Part shown: positions 22,998-31,743 of the stretch, piece by piece
Layout: each line of letters starts with the position of its first letter
How positions within the stretch are numbered: the first letter of the stretch is position 1
Source: a virus
DNA: 36,328 nt
Virus record (IMG/VR): IMGVR_UViG_3300000053_000001
Location: 1 to 36,328 of that record
Reading direction: 5' to 3' (one strand)
Translations under genes and position numbers: made by a program
Notes under the pieces: generated by a model
The model's input: only the letters and a program-made list of their open reading frames with translations
Told to the model about the DNA's origin: nothing
Databases searched by the model: none

Positions 22998-23629
22998 GCG
23001 ACGACCTCGAGGCCCCACGGCTAAGCCTGCTGCCGGCCAACCGCTCGCTGCTCGAGGCCGGCCTCGACCTGGCGTTCGCGAAGCTGCTCGAGCGCATCGA
23101 GCCGCCGTTTCCGGAACTGATGGATCCGCAGGCCACCCCGGCCGAGTTCCTGCCTTATCTGGCCGCCGATCGCGGCGTCAGCGAATGGAAGTCGACCGAC
23201 CCCGAAACCGAGAAGCGCGCCACGGTTGCGAGCATATGGGCCATTCGCCGGCTTGGCGGTACCCGCAAGGCGCTCGAGCTGGCGGTCGAGTCCATGGGCC
23301 TGTTGCCCGAGGTGATCGCCTGGCACAAGGACGCGCCCGCCGGTAGCCCCTACGGCTTGCGCGTGGTGGCGCGCGCACCGGGCGCCTTCGACGCCGAGTC
23401 GAATCGGCGGTTGTCGCTGCGCCTGGCAGACGCCAAGGCCGAACGCGACGTGCTCGCGCTGAACATCATCAGCGAGGTGCGCGGGCGGCTCTACTACGCT
23501 GCGGCCGTGAGCTGTGGCGGCATCAGCAACGTTTACCCCTATTCAGAGCGTGAAAGCGAAGTGACCGGCCCGCTGTACTACGGCGCCGGGCTGATCGAAA
23601 CCACGACCACCACGGTATATCCGCAATGA
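22994..23629 (+). CDS. Tail protein I (P2 gpI-like)
   Basis: LLPANRSLLEAGLDLAF...FLPYLAADRGVSEWK is the pattern of P2 gpI. It has an ATGA overlap with the upstream gene. Confidence 0.8.
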   Translation: MSDDLEAPRLSLLPANRSLLEAGLDLAFAKLLERIEPPFPELMDPQATPAEFLPYLAADRGVSEWKSTDPETEKRATVASIWAIRRLGGTRKALELAVESMGLLPEVIAWHKDAPAGSPYGLRVVARAPGAFDAESNRRLSLRLADAKAERDVLALNIISEVRGRLYYAAAVSCGGISNVYPYSERESEVTGPLYYGAGLIETTTTTVYPQ

Positions 23630-24807
23630 CTTCTGCAGACCAGATTTACTCGCTGCCTACCGATCTAGGCGCCGCAAAGCTGTCCTATGCGTTGGCCAAC
23701 AAGCTGACAGTAGACATTTCGCACATGGCCATCGGCGACGGCAACGGCGCGGCGGTCAATCCGAGCGCATCGGCCATCGCCCTGACCCGCGAGGTGCACC
23801 GCGCGCAGCTTAACCAGCTGTACCAGCACCCCGACAACGCAAACTGGCTCGTCGCCGAGCTGGTGATCCCCGCCGAGGTGGGCGGCTGGACGATCCGCGA
23901 GATCGGCCTATATGACGTCGCCGGCGACCTGATCTTCATCGGCAACCATGCCGAGCAGTACAAGCCGGTGCAGAGCCAGGGCAGCGACGAGACGAAAACC
24001 ATTCGCATGGTGATCCTCGTCTCGAGCGTGGCCACGGTCACGCTGAAAACTGACCCGACCACCGTCATGGCCACGATCAAATTCGTGAATGACAGCGTCG
24101 CGGCCGCCGCCACCGAGGCCACGCAGCTAGAGGCAGAGACCGGCACCGACGGCACGCGAAAAATGACCCCGCGTCGCGTGTGGCAGGCAATCACCAAGCG
24201 ATTCTCGACGCAGCTGCAGGCCGAGGAGGGGACGGATAACAGCACCGCCATGACGCCGCTGCGCGTGTGGCAGGCAATCACCAAGCGATTCTCGACGCAG
24301 CTGCAGGCCGAAGCGGGGACTGATAACGACACCGCCATGACGCCGTTGAGGGTGTTTCAGGCGATCGCGAAGCAGGTCGTACAAGCGACCGAAACGGTAC
24401 TCGGCATTGCCAAGATCGCCACCCAGGCGGAGACAGAAACCGGCACGGACGACGCGACTATCGTGACGCCGAAGAAGTTGCGTTGGGGGTTTGCTGTCAG
24501 CTTGGCGTCCAACGGATATGTCGCGCTGCCATCATGGCTCGGCAGGGTCATATTTCAATGGGGGCAATCAGCATCTACTGCCACGGAAGCAGTGGTGGCG
24601 TTCCCGCTTGCATTTCCTAACCGAGCGTCCTTTTGCTCTACCCACGATCTTGGAGGTGCGGGCTCGATTTCGCGCTCGATATTTCAGATCACTGACCGAT
24701 CATTAACGGGGTTCACAGTCGCAAATCTTGGCGTGCTAAGCCGTGGGCAGACGAGTTTCGCCGCGCCGGTTGTGGCTAGCTGCCCGTGGTTCGCTATCGG
24801 ATACTGA
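23626..24807 (+). CDS. Tail fibre protein (P2 gpH-like N-terminus, fibre repeats, distinct C-terminal receptor-binding domain)
   Basis: The N-terminus is LPTDLGAAKLSYALANKLTVDISHMAIGDGNG...WTIREIGLYD. Four AExGTDxxxxMTPxxV repeats follow. The C-terminus is NGYVALPSWLGRVIFQWG... Confidence 0.85.
   Translation: MTSADQIYSLPTDLGAAKLSYALANKLTVDISHMAIGDGNGAAVNPSASAIALTREVHRAQLNQLYQHPDNANWLVAELVIPAEVGGWTIREIGLYDVAGDLIFIGNHAEQYKPVQSQGSDETKTIRMVILVSSVATVTLKTDPTTVMATIKFVNDSVAAAATEATQLEAETGTDGTRKMTPRRVWQAITKRFSTQLQAEEGTDNSTAMTPLRVWQAITKRFSTQLQAEAGTDNDTAMTPLRVFQAIAKQVVQATETVLGIAKIATQAETETGTDDATIVTPKKLRWGFAVSLASNGYVALPSWLGRVIFQWGQSASTATEAVVAFPLAFPNRASFCSTHDLGGAGSISRSIFQITDRSLTGFTVANLGVLSRGQTSFAAPVVASCPWFAIGY
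24175..24311 (+). repeat. 87-bp-period tandem repeat inside the tail fibre gene
   Basis: The 50-nt block CGCGTGTGGCAGGCAATCACCAAGCGATTCTCGACGCAGCTGCAGGCCGA occurs identically at 24175-24224 and 24262-24311. Flanking degenerate copies are present. Confidence 0.9.
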
Positions 24808-24816
24808 GGACAACAA

Positions 24817-25359
24817 ATGCGCTACTACAGTAAAGAAACTGGCTGTACCTATCTGAGCGGCATCCACACCAATCAAATGCCCGCCGACGCTGTGCCGATT
24901 GGAGAAGCTCGATACCTCGAAGTCATCGCCAACCCAGCTCCCGGCAAGATCCGCAGCCATGACGCCGACGGCCTGCCGATCCTGATCGATCCGCCGGTTT
25001 ACGTGCCCACTGCGGACGACCATCGCGCCACCGTCGCCGCCCGCCGTTATCAGGCCGAGATCGCCGGCATTGCCTGGCAGGGTCATGGCATCGCCACCGA
25101 TCGCGAGTCACAGCAGAAAATGAGCGACGAACGAAACGCCGTAAAAGATGGCCTGCGCCCCGACGGCAAAGGCTGGAAGTGCCTCGACATGGCCACCGGC
25201 GTCACCGTGTTCCGGCCGACCAGCAACGCCGAGATTCTGGAGCTGACCGCGGCGGCCTATCACCATGTTAGCGCCTGCTTTGATCGCGAGGCCTCGCTGC
25301 TCGCCGCGATCGCCGACGGCACCTACACCGCGGCCATGCTCGAGGAGGGCTGGCCATGA
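24817..25359 (+). CDS. Tail fibre assembly / chaperone-like protein (DUF4376-like)
   Basis: It lies immediately downstream of the fibre gene, with a GAGGA RBS. The C-terminal half has the pattern of fibre-associated DUF4376 proteins. The 5' end is A/T-rich. Confidence 0.5.
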   Translation: MRYYSKETGCTYLSGIHTNQMPADAVPIGEARYLEVIANPAPGKIRSHDADGLPILIDPPVYVPTADDHRATVAARRYQAEIAGIAWQGHGIATDRESQQKMSDERNAVKDGLRPDGKGWKCLDMATGVTVFRPTSNAEILELTAAAYHHVSACFDREASLLAAIADGTYTAAMLEEGWP

Positions 25360-25907
25360 CGCACCGCCTGCCGCTGTCGCTGCAGGCCGAACTGCAGAGC
25401 GACGGCAAAAAATGGCGCCTTCTGGCGCCGTTTTCGTTTCTGGATCCCGCGCATGGCTGGCTCGACCTGCCGGCGGGCTTCGTGACCGACTTCGCCAGCA
25501 CCCGACCACTGCGCACGATCGCCGTTTGCGGCTTTGTGTTCGCGCTGCTGCTGGCGGTGCTGCCATGGCCATGGCTGAGCCAGGCCGCGCACCTGGTCGG
25601 CTTTGCCGCCCTCGTGCTCTACGCCGCTGTCGTCGGCTATGGCCACCCGGCCGCTGCGCTGCATGACTGGCTCTATGCCACCGCCCTGCTGCCCCGCGCT
25701 GACGCCGACAGGGCGTTCCGGCTAGCACTTCGTAGCTGTGGGGTGGCGCGATGGCGATCGTGGCTTATGTGGGCCGGCGTGCGCCTTGGCGGCGCGTGGC
25801 GATATCGAGCATCCGCCCGCGAGCCAGCCCCGCCCATCCCGCCGCCACCCGAACTCAATAAACCGCCGCGCAAGCGGTTTTTTTACGCCTGGAGATCTGC
25901 CAAGTGA
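25356..25907 (+). CDS. DUF1353-like protein with inserted transmembrane segments
   Basis: LPAGFVTDFAS ... HDWLY ... ADADRAF is the pattern of DUF1353. The block between them is hydrophobic (IAVCGFVFALLLAVLPWPW; LVGFAALVLYAAVVGY). Confidence 0.55.
   Translation: MTHRLPLSLQAELQSDGKKWRLLAPFSFLDPAHGWLDLPAGFVTDFASTRPLRTIAVCGFVFALLLAVLPWPWLSQAAHLVGFAALVLYAAVVGYGHPAAALHDWLYATALLPRADADRAFRLALRSCGVARWRSWLMWAGVRLGGAWRYRASAREPAPPIPPPPELNKPPRKRFFYAWRSAK
25861..25884 (+). terminator. Intrinsic terminator within the last codons of the DUF1353 gene
   Basis: AACCGC-cgcgcaa-GCGGTT followed by TTTTT. Confidence 0.6.
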
Positions 25908-26128
25908 GCAACCGCAAAAACTACACCGTGCTCGTTCCCTTTCCGAAGGCGGGCGGCCATTGGGCTGCCAAGGGCGAGACGCTCGAGCTGATGGACGTCG
26001 AGGCCCGGGCATTGCGCCAGGCCGGCCGCATCAAGCTGACCGCACAGCTCGAGGCCGAGGCGAAAGCCGCCGCCGAAGCCGCCGCCCTGGCGGCCCCCAC
26101 CACCAAGAAAGCAGCCGCTAAGGAATAA
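25904..26128 (+). CDS. Small protein upstream of the sheath gene (DUF2635-like?)
   Basis: GTG start with GGAG upstream. Position and N-terminal pattern (VLVPFPKAGGHWAAKGETLEL) recall Mu-type gp38/DUF2635. Confidence 0.45.
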   Translation: MSNRKNYTVLVPFPKAGGHWAAKGETLELMDVEARALRQAGRIKLTAQLEAEAKAAAEAAALAAPTTKKAAAKE

Positions 26129-26130
26129 CC

Positions 26131-27336
26131 ATGGCCGAGGTAACGAATTTCGAGCACAACGGCGTCACAGTTAACGCCACCGAGCCGCCGGAGGCGATGG
26201 GCGGGCTGGGCGATAACGTCATCGGCCTGGTCGGTACCGCGCCGAACAAGGACGCGAGCGTGCCGCTTAACAGCCCGTTTCGCATCAACTCCTTGACCCT
26301 TGCCGGCCTGCTGGATCCGACTGGCACCGAAGCGGGCACGCTGTACCAGGTCGTGCATCAGATCCTCAAGGTCACCAAGGTGCCGATCTATGTCGTGGTC
26401 GTCGAGGAGGTCGAGACGCTGGATGCGGTGACCGGCGAGCCGACCGGCGTGATCGACGAAACCGCAACGATGAATAACGTCATCGGCGGCGTGGATGCCA
26501 CGTCGGGCCAGAAACTCGGCCTGCAGGCGCTGACCGTCTGCGCCGAGGTGCCGACCATCATCGCGGCGCCGGGCTTCTCCGACGCTCAGTCGGTGCACAG
26601 CGAGCTGGCCAGCATCGGCAAGCGGATCCGCGCGCGGGTCGTGCTCGATGGCCTGGACGTGCCGGTGGATGGCCAGGTCGCCAACAGCACCACCATCGGC
26701 GGCGCCGAGCTGGGCTATGACCGCTGCTACCTGGTGCACCAGATGCCGGCGGTCTACTCGAAGGCGGCAAAGGCGAACGCGTTCCTGCCGCCGTCGAGCC
26801 TGGCCATCGCCGCGCTGGCAGCGGTCAAGCAGTGGGAAAGCCCGGGCAACCAGGTGACCTACGCGGCCGACGTGTCGCGCACCGTCGAGTACAACATTCT
26901 CGACAAGAGCACCGAGGGCGATCTGCTCAACCGCTACGGCGTCAGCTACTACGCCCGCACCACGCTCGGCGGCTTCTCGCTGATCGGCAACCGCTCGATC
27001 ACCGGCAAGTTCATCAGCTACGTCGGCCTCGAGGACGCCATCACGCGCAAGCTGGTGGGCGCCGCGCAGAAGGTCATGGCCAAAAACCTGACCAAGAGCT
27101 TCATGGAGCAGGAGGTCAAGCGGATTGACGACTGGATCCAGACGCTGGTGGCCGACGAGACCATCCCGGGCGGGAAGGTTTACCTGCACCCCGAGCTGAA
27201 CAGCGTCGAGAAGTACAAAAACGGCACCTGGTACTTGGTGATCGATTACGGCCGCTACGCGCCGAACGAACACATGATTTACCAGCTCAACGCATCCGAT
27301 GAAATCATCGAAGAATTCCTCGAGGACGTTCTCTAA
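26131..27336 (+). CDS. Tail sheath protein
   Basis: 401 aa with an AAGGAA RBS. It precedes the tube gene, and its sequence pattern is typical of contractile sheath proteins. Confidence 0.85.
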   Translation: MAEVTNFEHNGVTVNATEPPEAMGGLGDNVIGLVGTAPNKDASVPLNSPFRINSLTLAGLLDPTGTEAGTLYQVVHQILKVTKVPIYVVVVEEVETLDAVTGEPTGVIDETATMNNVIGGVDATSGQKLGLQALTVCAEVPTIIAAPGFSDAQSVHSELASIGKRIRARVVLDGLDVPVDGQVANSTTIGGAELGYDRCYLVHQMPAVYSKAAKANAFLPPSSLAIAALAAVKQWESPGNQVTYAADVSRTVEYNILDKSTEGDLLNRYGVSYYARTTLGGFSLIGNRSITGKFISYVGLEDAITRKLVGAAQKVMAKNLTKSFMEQEVKRIDDWIQTLVADETIPGGKVYLHPELNSVEKYKNGTWYLVIDYGRYAPNEHMIYQLNASDEIIEEFLEDVL

Positions 27337-27842
27337 TGTTTACGAACCGCGTACGGCAAGCGATTGCGGCGACCCTGCAGGGGCTGCCGCTGATGGCCAC
27401 GATTGAAGAGTTCACTCCACCGCCCATCGAATTCGAGATGGAAGAGATGGTCGGCGGTCGCTACGTGGCCGAGGAGATGGCCAAGGGAATGAAGGCGCTG
27501 ACCGCCTCGCTCACCCTGCAGGGCGTCGGTCTGCCGATCATGGCGGCGCTGGGCGTCTCCGGCGGCGACAACGTGCTGCTGACCGTGCAGGAGGCCGGCG
27601 AGGACCAGGACGGCAACGAGTGGGTGACGTACCACGTGTGCGGCGGCAAGCTGAAAAAGCTCGAGGAGAAGACCCTCAAGATGCGCGACAAGCCGGTCAC
27701 CGTGCTGGAAATCTCGCTCAGCACCTACACCCGCCTCGAGATGGGCGTGCCGGTGATCGACATCAACACCCGCACACAGAAGGTGATCGTCAACGGCGTT
27801 GACCTGATCAAGGGCGCCCGCCGCCTCGCTGGCATGGTGTAA
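27336..27842 (+). CDS. Tail tube protein
   Basis: It has a TAATG overlap with the sheath gene. At 168 aa it matches P2 FII/Mu-type tube proteins in size and position. Confidence 0.75.
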   Translation: MFTNRVRQAIAATLQGLPLMATIEEFTPPPIEFEMEEMVGGRYVAEEMAKGMKALTASLTLQGVGLPIMAALGVSGGDNVLLTVQEAGEDQDGNEWVTYHVCGGKLKKLEEKTLKMRDKPVTVLEISLSTYTRLEMGVPVIDINTRTQKVIVNGVDLIKGARRLAGMV

Positions 27843-27857
27843 CCCGACCCATCAAGC

Positions 27858-27882
27858 AGCCGCCCACCCGGGCGGCTTTTTT
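27858..27882 (+). terminator. Intrinsic terminator after the tube gene
   Basis: AGCCGCCC-accc-GGGCGGCT followed by TTTTTGTG. Confidence 0.7.
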
Positions 27883-27904
27883 GTGCCTGCAAGGAATTCT
27901 CCGC

Positions 27905-28471
27905 ATGAGCTGGAAACCCGAAACTCTGACGCTGCACTGGCCGATCACCACCGCCGCCGGACAGACCCTGACCGCACTCGAGCTGCGCCCCTTCGACGTT
28001 GCCGAGCACCGTGCGGCCCTGCACCGCGCTGGCGAGGACGACGACGACCGCTTCGAGGAGCTGGCGATCCTGGCTACCGGCCAGCCCCGCGAGGTGATCG
28101 AGACCCTCAAGCGCCCCGACTACATCAGCCTGTCGCAGCGACTGAGCGAGTACGTGAACCTCCCTGCCGCGTTCTTCCTCGGCAAGTCGCCGGAAGATCC
28201 GGACGACCTGGAGCTGCTGCGGCCCATCAAGACCTTCGGCCGCGATGTCGAGCGACTGCAGCTGCAGGTGCCAACCATGGGCGCAACCAAGGCCATGACC
28301 AAGCTAAAGGATCCGCTGGAGCGCTCGGTCTTCATCAGCGCCCACTGCACCGGCATCGCCGCGACCGATATCCCCAAGCTGTGCGTGCCGGACTGGACCC
28401 AGCTGCAGGAGCGACTGGCTGATTTTTTGAATCAACCGGCGGCCTACTTTCGGAAAACGACGTCGACGTAA
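27905..28471 (+). CDS. Tail assembly chaperone gpE-like (two tandem gpE-like units)
   Basis: The ATG at 27905 has AAGGAA upstream, and the gene lies directly before the tape measure. Two internally similar halves are present (LTLHWPITTAAGQTLTALELRPF... and LELLRPIKTFGRDVERLQLQVPT...). Confidence 0.7.
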   Translation: MSWKPETLTLHWPITTAAGQTLTALELRPFDVAEHRAALHRAGEDDDDRFEELAILATGQPREVIETLKRPDYISLSQRLSEYVNLPAAFFLGKSPEDPDDLELLRPIKTFGRDVERLQLQVPTMGATKAMTKLKDPLERSVFISAHCTGIAATDIPKLCVPDWTQLQERLADFLNQPAAYFRKTTST

Positions 28472-28593
28472 TCCTCGACGTGGTGCCGCTCGTTTATCAC
28501 GTGAGCGAAGCGGAAATTCTGGAATGGGACGCCGGAAAGGGCCTGCGTCGCTACGAACTGGCGATGGCTCGCCTTAGGGCAAGTAAGGGGTAA
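28423..28593 (+). CDS. gpE' extension reached by -1 programmed frameshift at T_TTT_TTG
   Basis: The slippery heptamer T TTT TTG (28423-28429) is in the correct phase. The -1 frame then stays open for 54 codons (ESTGGLLSENDVDVILDVVPLVYHVSEAEILEWDAGKGLRRYELAMARLRASKG). It stops at 28591-28593, 3 nt before the tape-measure ATG. Confidence 0.75.
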   Translation, partial: FFESTGGLLSENDVDVILDVVPLVYHVSEAEILEWDAGKGLRRYELAMARLRASKG

Positions 28594-28596
28594 GGC

Positions 28597-31146
28597 ATGG
28601 CCGAATCGAAATATTCGCTGCGGCTGGCCGCGGTGGATGCGTTCTCGAAGACGTTTGGCGACTTCGACAAGCAAGCCAGCGAACTGCAGGAAGGTATCAA
28701 GCAGCAGCGCACCGAGCTGGACAAGCTGAACCGCGCGGCGCGTGACGCCGAGGGCTTCACCAAGCTGAGCGCCAAGGTTGAGAAAACCAGCGCCGCCCTT
28801 CGGGAGGCGCGCGTCGAGCAGACCCGGCTCGGGCGCGAGCACCAGCTCGCCGTAGCCAACGTCGAACGACTGTCGTTGGAATACCAGCAGGCCACCGCCA
28901 CCGCTTTGGCCCTGCGTGACTCGACCACGGCCTCGGCTGCCGAGACGCGCAAGGCCGCACAGGTACAGAAGCACCTCGGCCAGCAGTTGAGCAGCGCCAC
29001 CGCCGAGGTGAAGAAGCTCGACAACGCGCAGGACCGCAACACCGCGAGCGTGCGCACGCTGGAAAGCGCGCAGCGCTCGGAGCGCAACGAGCTCGACCGG
29101 CTACAAACGGCCCTGACTGGCGCCGGCGTGGATACCGGCAAACTGGCCAGCGAGCAGAAGCGCCTGGAGTCGGCAACCGAGCAGGCCAACGGCGCGCTGC
29201 TCGCGCAACGCGCACGCCTGGACGCTGTTCGTACGGCACAGGGGCGCGTCGACGCCAACCGCTCCGCTCGCGCGGATCTGCGCGGGCAGGTGATGGAGAC
29301 CGCGGCGATTGGCTACCTGGCCGCAAAGCCGGTTAGCCAGGCGATGGATCTGGAAACCGCCATGGCCGACGTGGCCAAGGTAGTGGAGTTCGCACCAGGC
29401 GAGCGCGAGGCCATGGCCTCGGCCAACCTCAAGCTGGCCAGCGACCGACTGATCGCTCCGTCGGGCATGACGGCGGTCGACCTGGCGCAGATCCAGTACG
29501 CCGCCGGTCAGTCGGGTATCGGCAACGACGCCAAGGATCCAGCCGGCAAGCAGGCTGCCATTGTCGAGTTCACTCGCGACGCCGCCATCATGGGCGCCGC
29601 GTTCGACATGGACGCCAAGACCAGCGGCGAAACCATGGCCGGCTGGCGGGCCTCGATGAAGCTCGACCGGGCAGGCACGCTCGGCCTGGCTGACGCGACC
29701 AACCACCTGGGCAACAGCTTCAACGCGACGCCTGCCGATATCGCCTCGGTGGTCAAGCGTTACGGCGCGATCGGCACCGCGTCGGGCCTATCGCCCGAGC
29801 AGACGGCGGCGCTATCGGCCGCATTCCTGAACCCCGGTACCGAGAAGGAAATCGCCGGCACCGGCTTCAAGAACTTCACCGGCGCACTGACCAAAGGCAA
29901 AGCCGCGACAAAAGGGCAGCGAGCCGCGTGGGACGAACTGGGTTTCGATCCGGAAGACCTCGCGGCGGGCATGCAGGAGAACGCCCCGAAAACGATTATG
30001 TCGGTGCTCGAGGCCTTGAAAGCCGCGCCGGTCGAAGAGCAGAGCGCTCTGGCCACGCAGCTGTTCGGCTCCGAATCCATCGGCGCCATCATGCCGCTGC
30101 TGCAGAACCTCGGCGAGGTCGAGCGCGCCTTCGGCATGGTCGCCAACAAGGCCGACGCCGCCGGCTCGATGCTCAAGGAAGCGGCCGGCGTCGCGGACAC
30201 CTCGCGCGGCGGCTGGAACGGCTTCACCGCCAAGCTGCAGCGGCTGTCGATCATCGTCGGCACGGCCATGCTGCCGGCTCTCGACGCGGTCCTCACACCG
30301 CTCGGCGCGCTGGTTGACGGGCTTTCTAATGGCGCTGAACAGTTTCCGCGCGTCACGGCTGCCATTGCGGTGGCCGCCGGGGGCTTGGCAGCGCTCAAGG
30401 TTGGCGCGCTTGGCCTCAAGTTTGCTGGCCTGCTGATAGGTCAGGCGTTCAACAAGGCCGGGCTGGCTCGCGCCAAGCTGGACGCGACCACCTCGCGCAC
30501 CGCATCGAGCGCCGACGCGGCCGTCGCCCGGCTCAATCGCACCATGGGCCGCCTAGGCGTCGGTGGCGCCGCGGGATCCGGCAGGAGCAAGGGGGGCAAG
30601 GGAGGCAGGGGCGGGAAGGGCGGCAAGCTGGGCATGCTTGGAAAGGGTGCCGGCGTAGTTGCCCTGGGCATGGGCGCTATCGAGGTCGCAAGCCTGGTTA
30701 AGGCAGGCGCAAGCAATTCTGAGATTGGCGGCGCTGTCGGCTCGACGGCGGGCGGTATCGGCGGCATGTGGGGCGGCGCCGCCGCCGGCGCTGCTCTCGG
30801 CTCGGTCGTGCCGATATTGGGCACAGGAGTCGGCGCTGTGGTGGGTGGCGCTGTGGGCGGGCTTGCCGGCAGCAGTGCCGGCGACTGGCTGGGAGAGAAG
30901 CTTGGCGCGCTGATCGATCGCCTCGGATCTCCGGATGCGACAGCGAAAGAAATCGTGAACAACACAGACAGCCGTCAGCTGACATTTGCGCCAACTCTGA
31001 ACCTGACGCCCACCGGCGACCCCGCCTACGACAAGCGCCTCGCCGACCAGGTCGTCTCTCGACTCAAGGGCGAGTTTATGCCGCTGATGATGGCCAACCC
31101 GCTCGCGGTTCGTCGCGGTGCGGCCCTGACTGATGGGAGTGACTAA
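28597..31146 (+). CDS. Tail tape measure protein
   Basis: 849 aa. It has a coiled-coil N-terminus, a central conserved TMP region and Gly-rich/hydrophobic C-terminal segments. Confidence 0.9.
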   Translation: MAESKYSLRLAAVDAFSKTFGDFDKQASELQEGIKQQRTELDKLNRAARDAEGFTKLSAKVEKTSAALREARVEQTRLGREHQLAVANVERLSLEYQQATATALALRDSTTASAAETRKAAQVQKHLGQQLSSATAEVKKLDNAQDRNTASVRTLESAQRSERNELDRLQTALTGAGVDTGKLASEQKRLESATEQANGALLAQRARLDAVRTAQGRVDANRSARADLRGQVMETAAIGYLAAKPVSQAMDLETAMADVAKVVEFAPGEREAMASANLKLASDRLIAPSGMTAVDLAQIQYAAGQSGIGNDAKDPAGKQAAIVEFTRDAAIMGAAFDMDAKTSGETMAGWRASMKLDRAGTLGLADATNHLGNSFNATPADIASVVKRYGAIGTASGLSPEQTAALSAAFLNPGTEKEIAGTGFKNFTGALTKGKAATKGQRAAWDELGFDPEDLAAGMQENAPKTIMSVLEALKAAPVEEQSALATQLFGSESIGAIMPLLQNLGEVERAFGMVANKADAAGSMLKEAAGVADTSRGGWNGFTAKLQRLSIIVGTAMLPALDAVLTPLGALVDGLSNGAEQFPRVTAAIAVAAGGLAALKVGALGLKFAGLLIGQAFNKAGLARAKLDATTSRTASSADAAVARLNRTMGRLGVGGAAGSGRSKGGKGGRGGKGGKLGMLGKGAGVVALGMGAIEVASLVKAGASNSEIGGAVGSTAGGIGGMWGGAAAGAALGSVVPILGTGVGAVVGGAVGGLAGSSAGDWLGEKLGALIDRLGSPDATAKEIVNNTDSRQLTFAPTLNLTPTGDPAYDKRLADQVVSRLKGEFMPLMMANPLAVRRGAALTDGSD

Positions 31147-31535
31147 TGCCGCAGCAAATGGCCCTGGGCGAATTCGTTTTCGGGCTCGCCACCAACTTTC
31201 CGTATGAACGACTCGAGCGCAAGGCAACAGGCGGCTGGGTAGACCTCGACATCATCAGCAGCAAGCCCCTTTCCCATCAGACAGGACAGGGGCTGGAAAC
31301 CCTTCGACTGAGCGGCAAGGCGCAGCTGGCGGCAGGGATGCAATCGGTCGCTGACCTGCGCGCAATGGCGGACGCCCGCAAGCCCTACACGCTGGTCGAC
31401 GGCCTCGGCCAGGTGTGGGGCCGCTGGCGTATCGACGCCGTGACCGAGCAGCAGACCCGCGTGCTCGATGACGGCACGGCCACGCTCCTGGAATGGACCC
31501 TCGAGCTGCAGGAGTTCGTAAATGCGACGAGTTAG
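31146..31535 (+). CDS. Tail protein U (P2 gpU-like)
   Basis: ALGEFVFGLATNFPYERLERK...LVDGLGQVWGRWRI matches the gpU pattern. It has a TAATG overlap with the upstream gene. Confidence 0.8.
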   Translation: MPQQMALGEFVFGLATNFPYERLERKATGGWVDLDIISSKPLSHQTGQGLETLRLSGKAQLAAGMQSVADLRAMADARKPYTLVDGLGQVWGRWRIDAVTEQQTRVLDDGTATLLEWTLELQEFVNATS

Positions 31536-31734
31536 AACCATTGCCGGCGATTCGGCCAACCTCCTGCTGTACCGGGAGACCGGCCGCGCCGACGACGAGG
31601 CCGAGGAGGCCTTCTGGCTGATCAACGAGGGGCTGGCCGAGCACGGCCCGGCCCTGCCTGCCGGGCTGTGGGTGCTGCTGCCGGAGCTGTCGCAGCGCCC
31701 CGCACAGAGCGCCCCGGTCTCGGCTTGGGATTAA
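31522..31734 (+). CDS. Tail protein X (P2 gpX-like)
   Basis: 70 aa. RTIAGDSANLLLYRETG...GLWVLLPEL is the pattern of gpX. Confidence 0.75.
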   Translation: MRRVRTIAGDSANLLLYRETGRADDEAEEAFWLINEGLAEHGPALPAGLWVLLPELSQRPAQSAPVSAWD

Positions 31735-31743
31735 GGAGCGCGC

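Noticed and set aside
28597-31146. The Gly/Lys-rich low-complexity tract (GSGRSKGGKGGRGGKGGKLG) and Gly/Ala-rich hydrophobic stretches in the tape measure, as a separate feature.
   Set aside because: These are common compositional features of tape measure proteins and are not an independent element.
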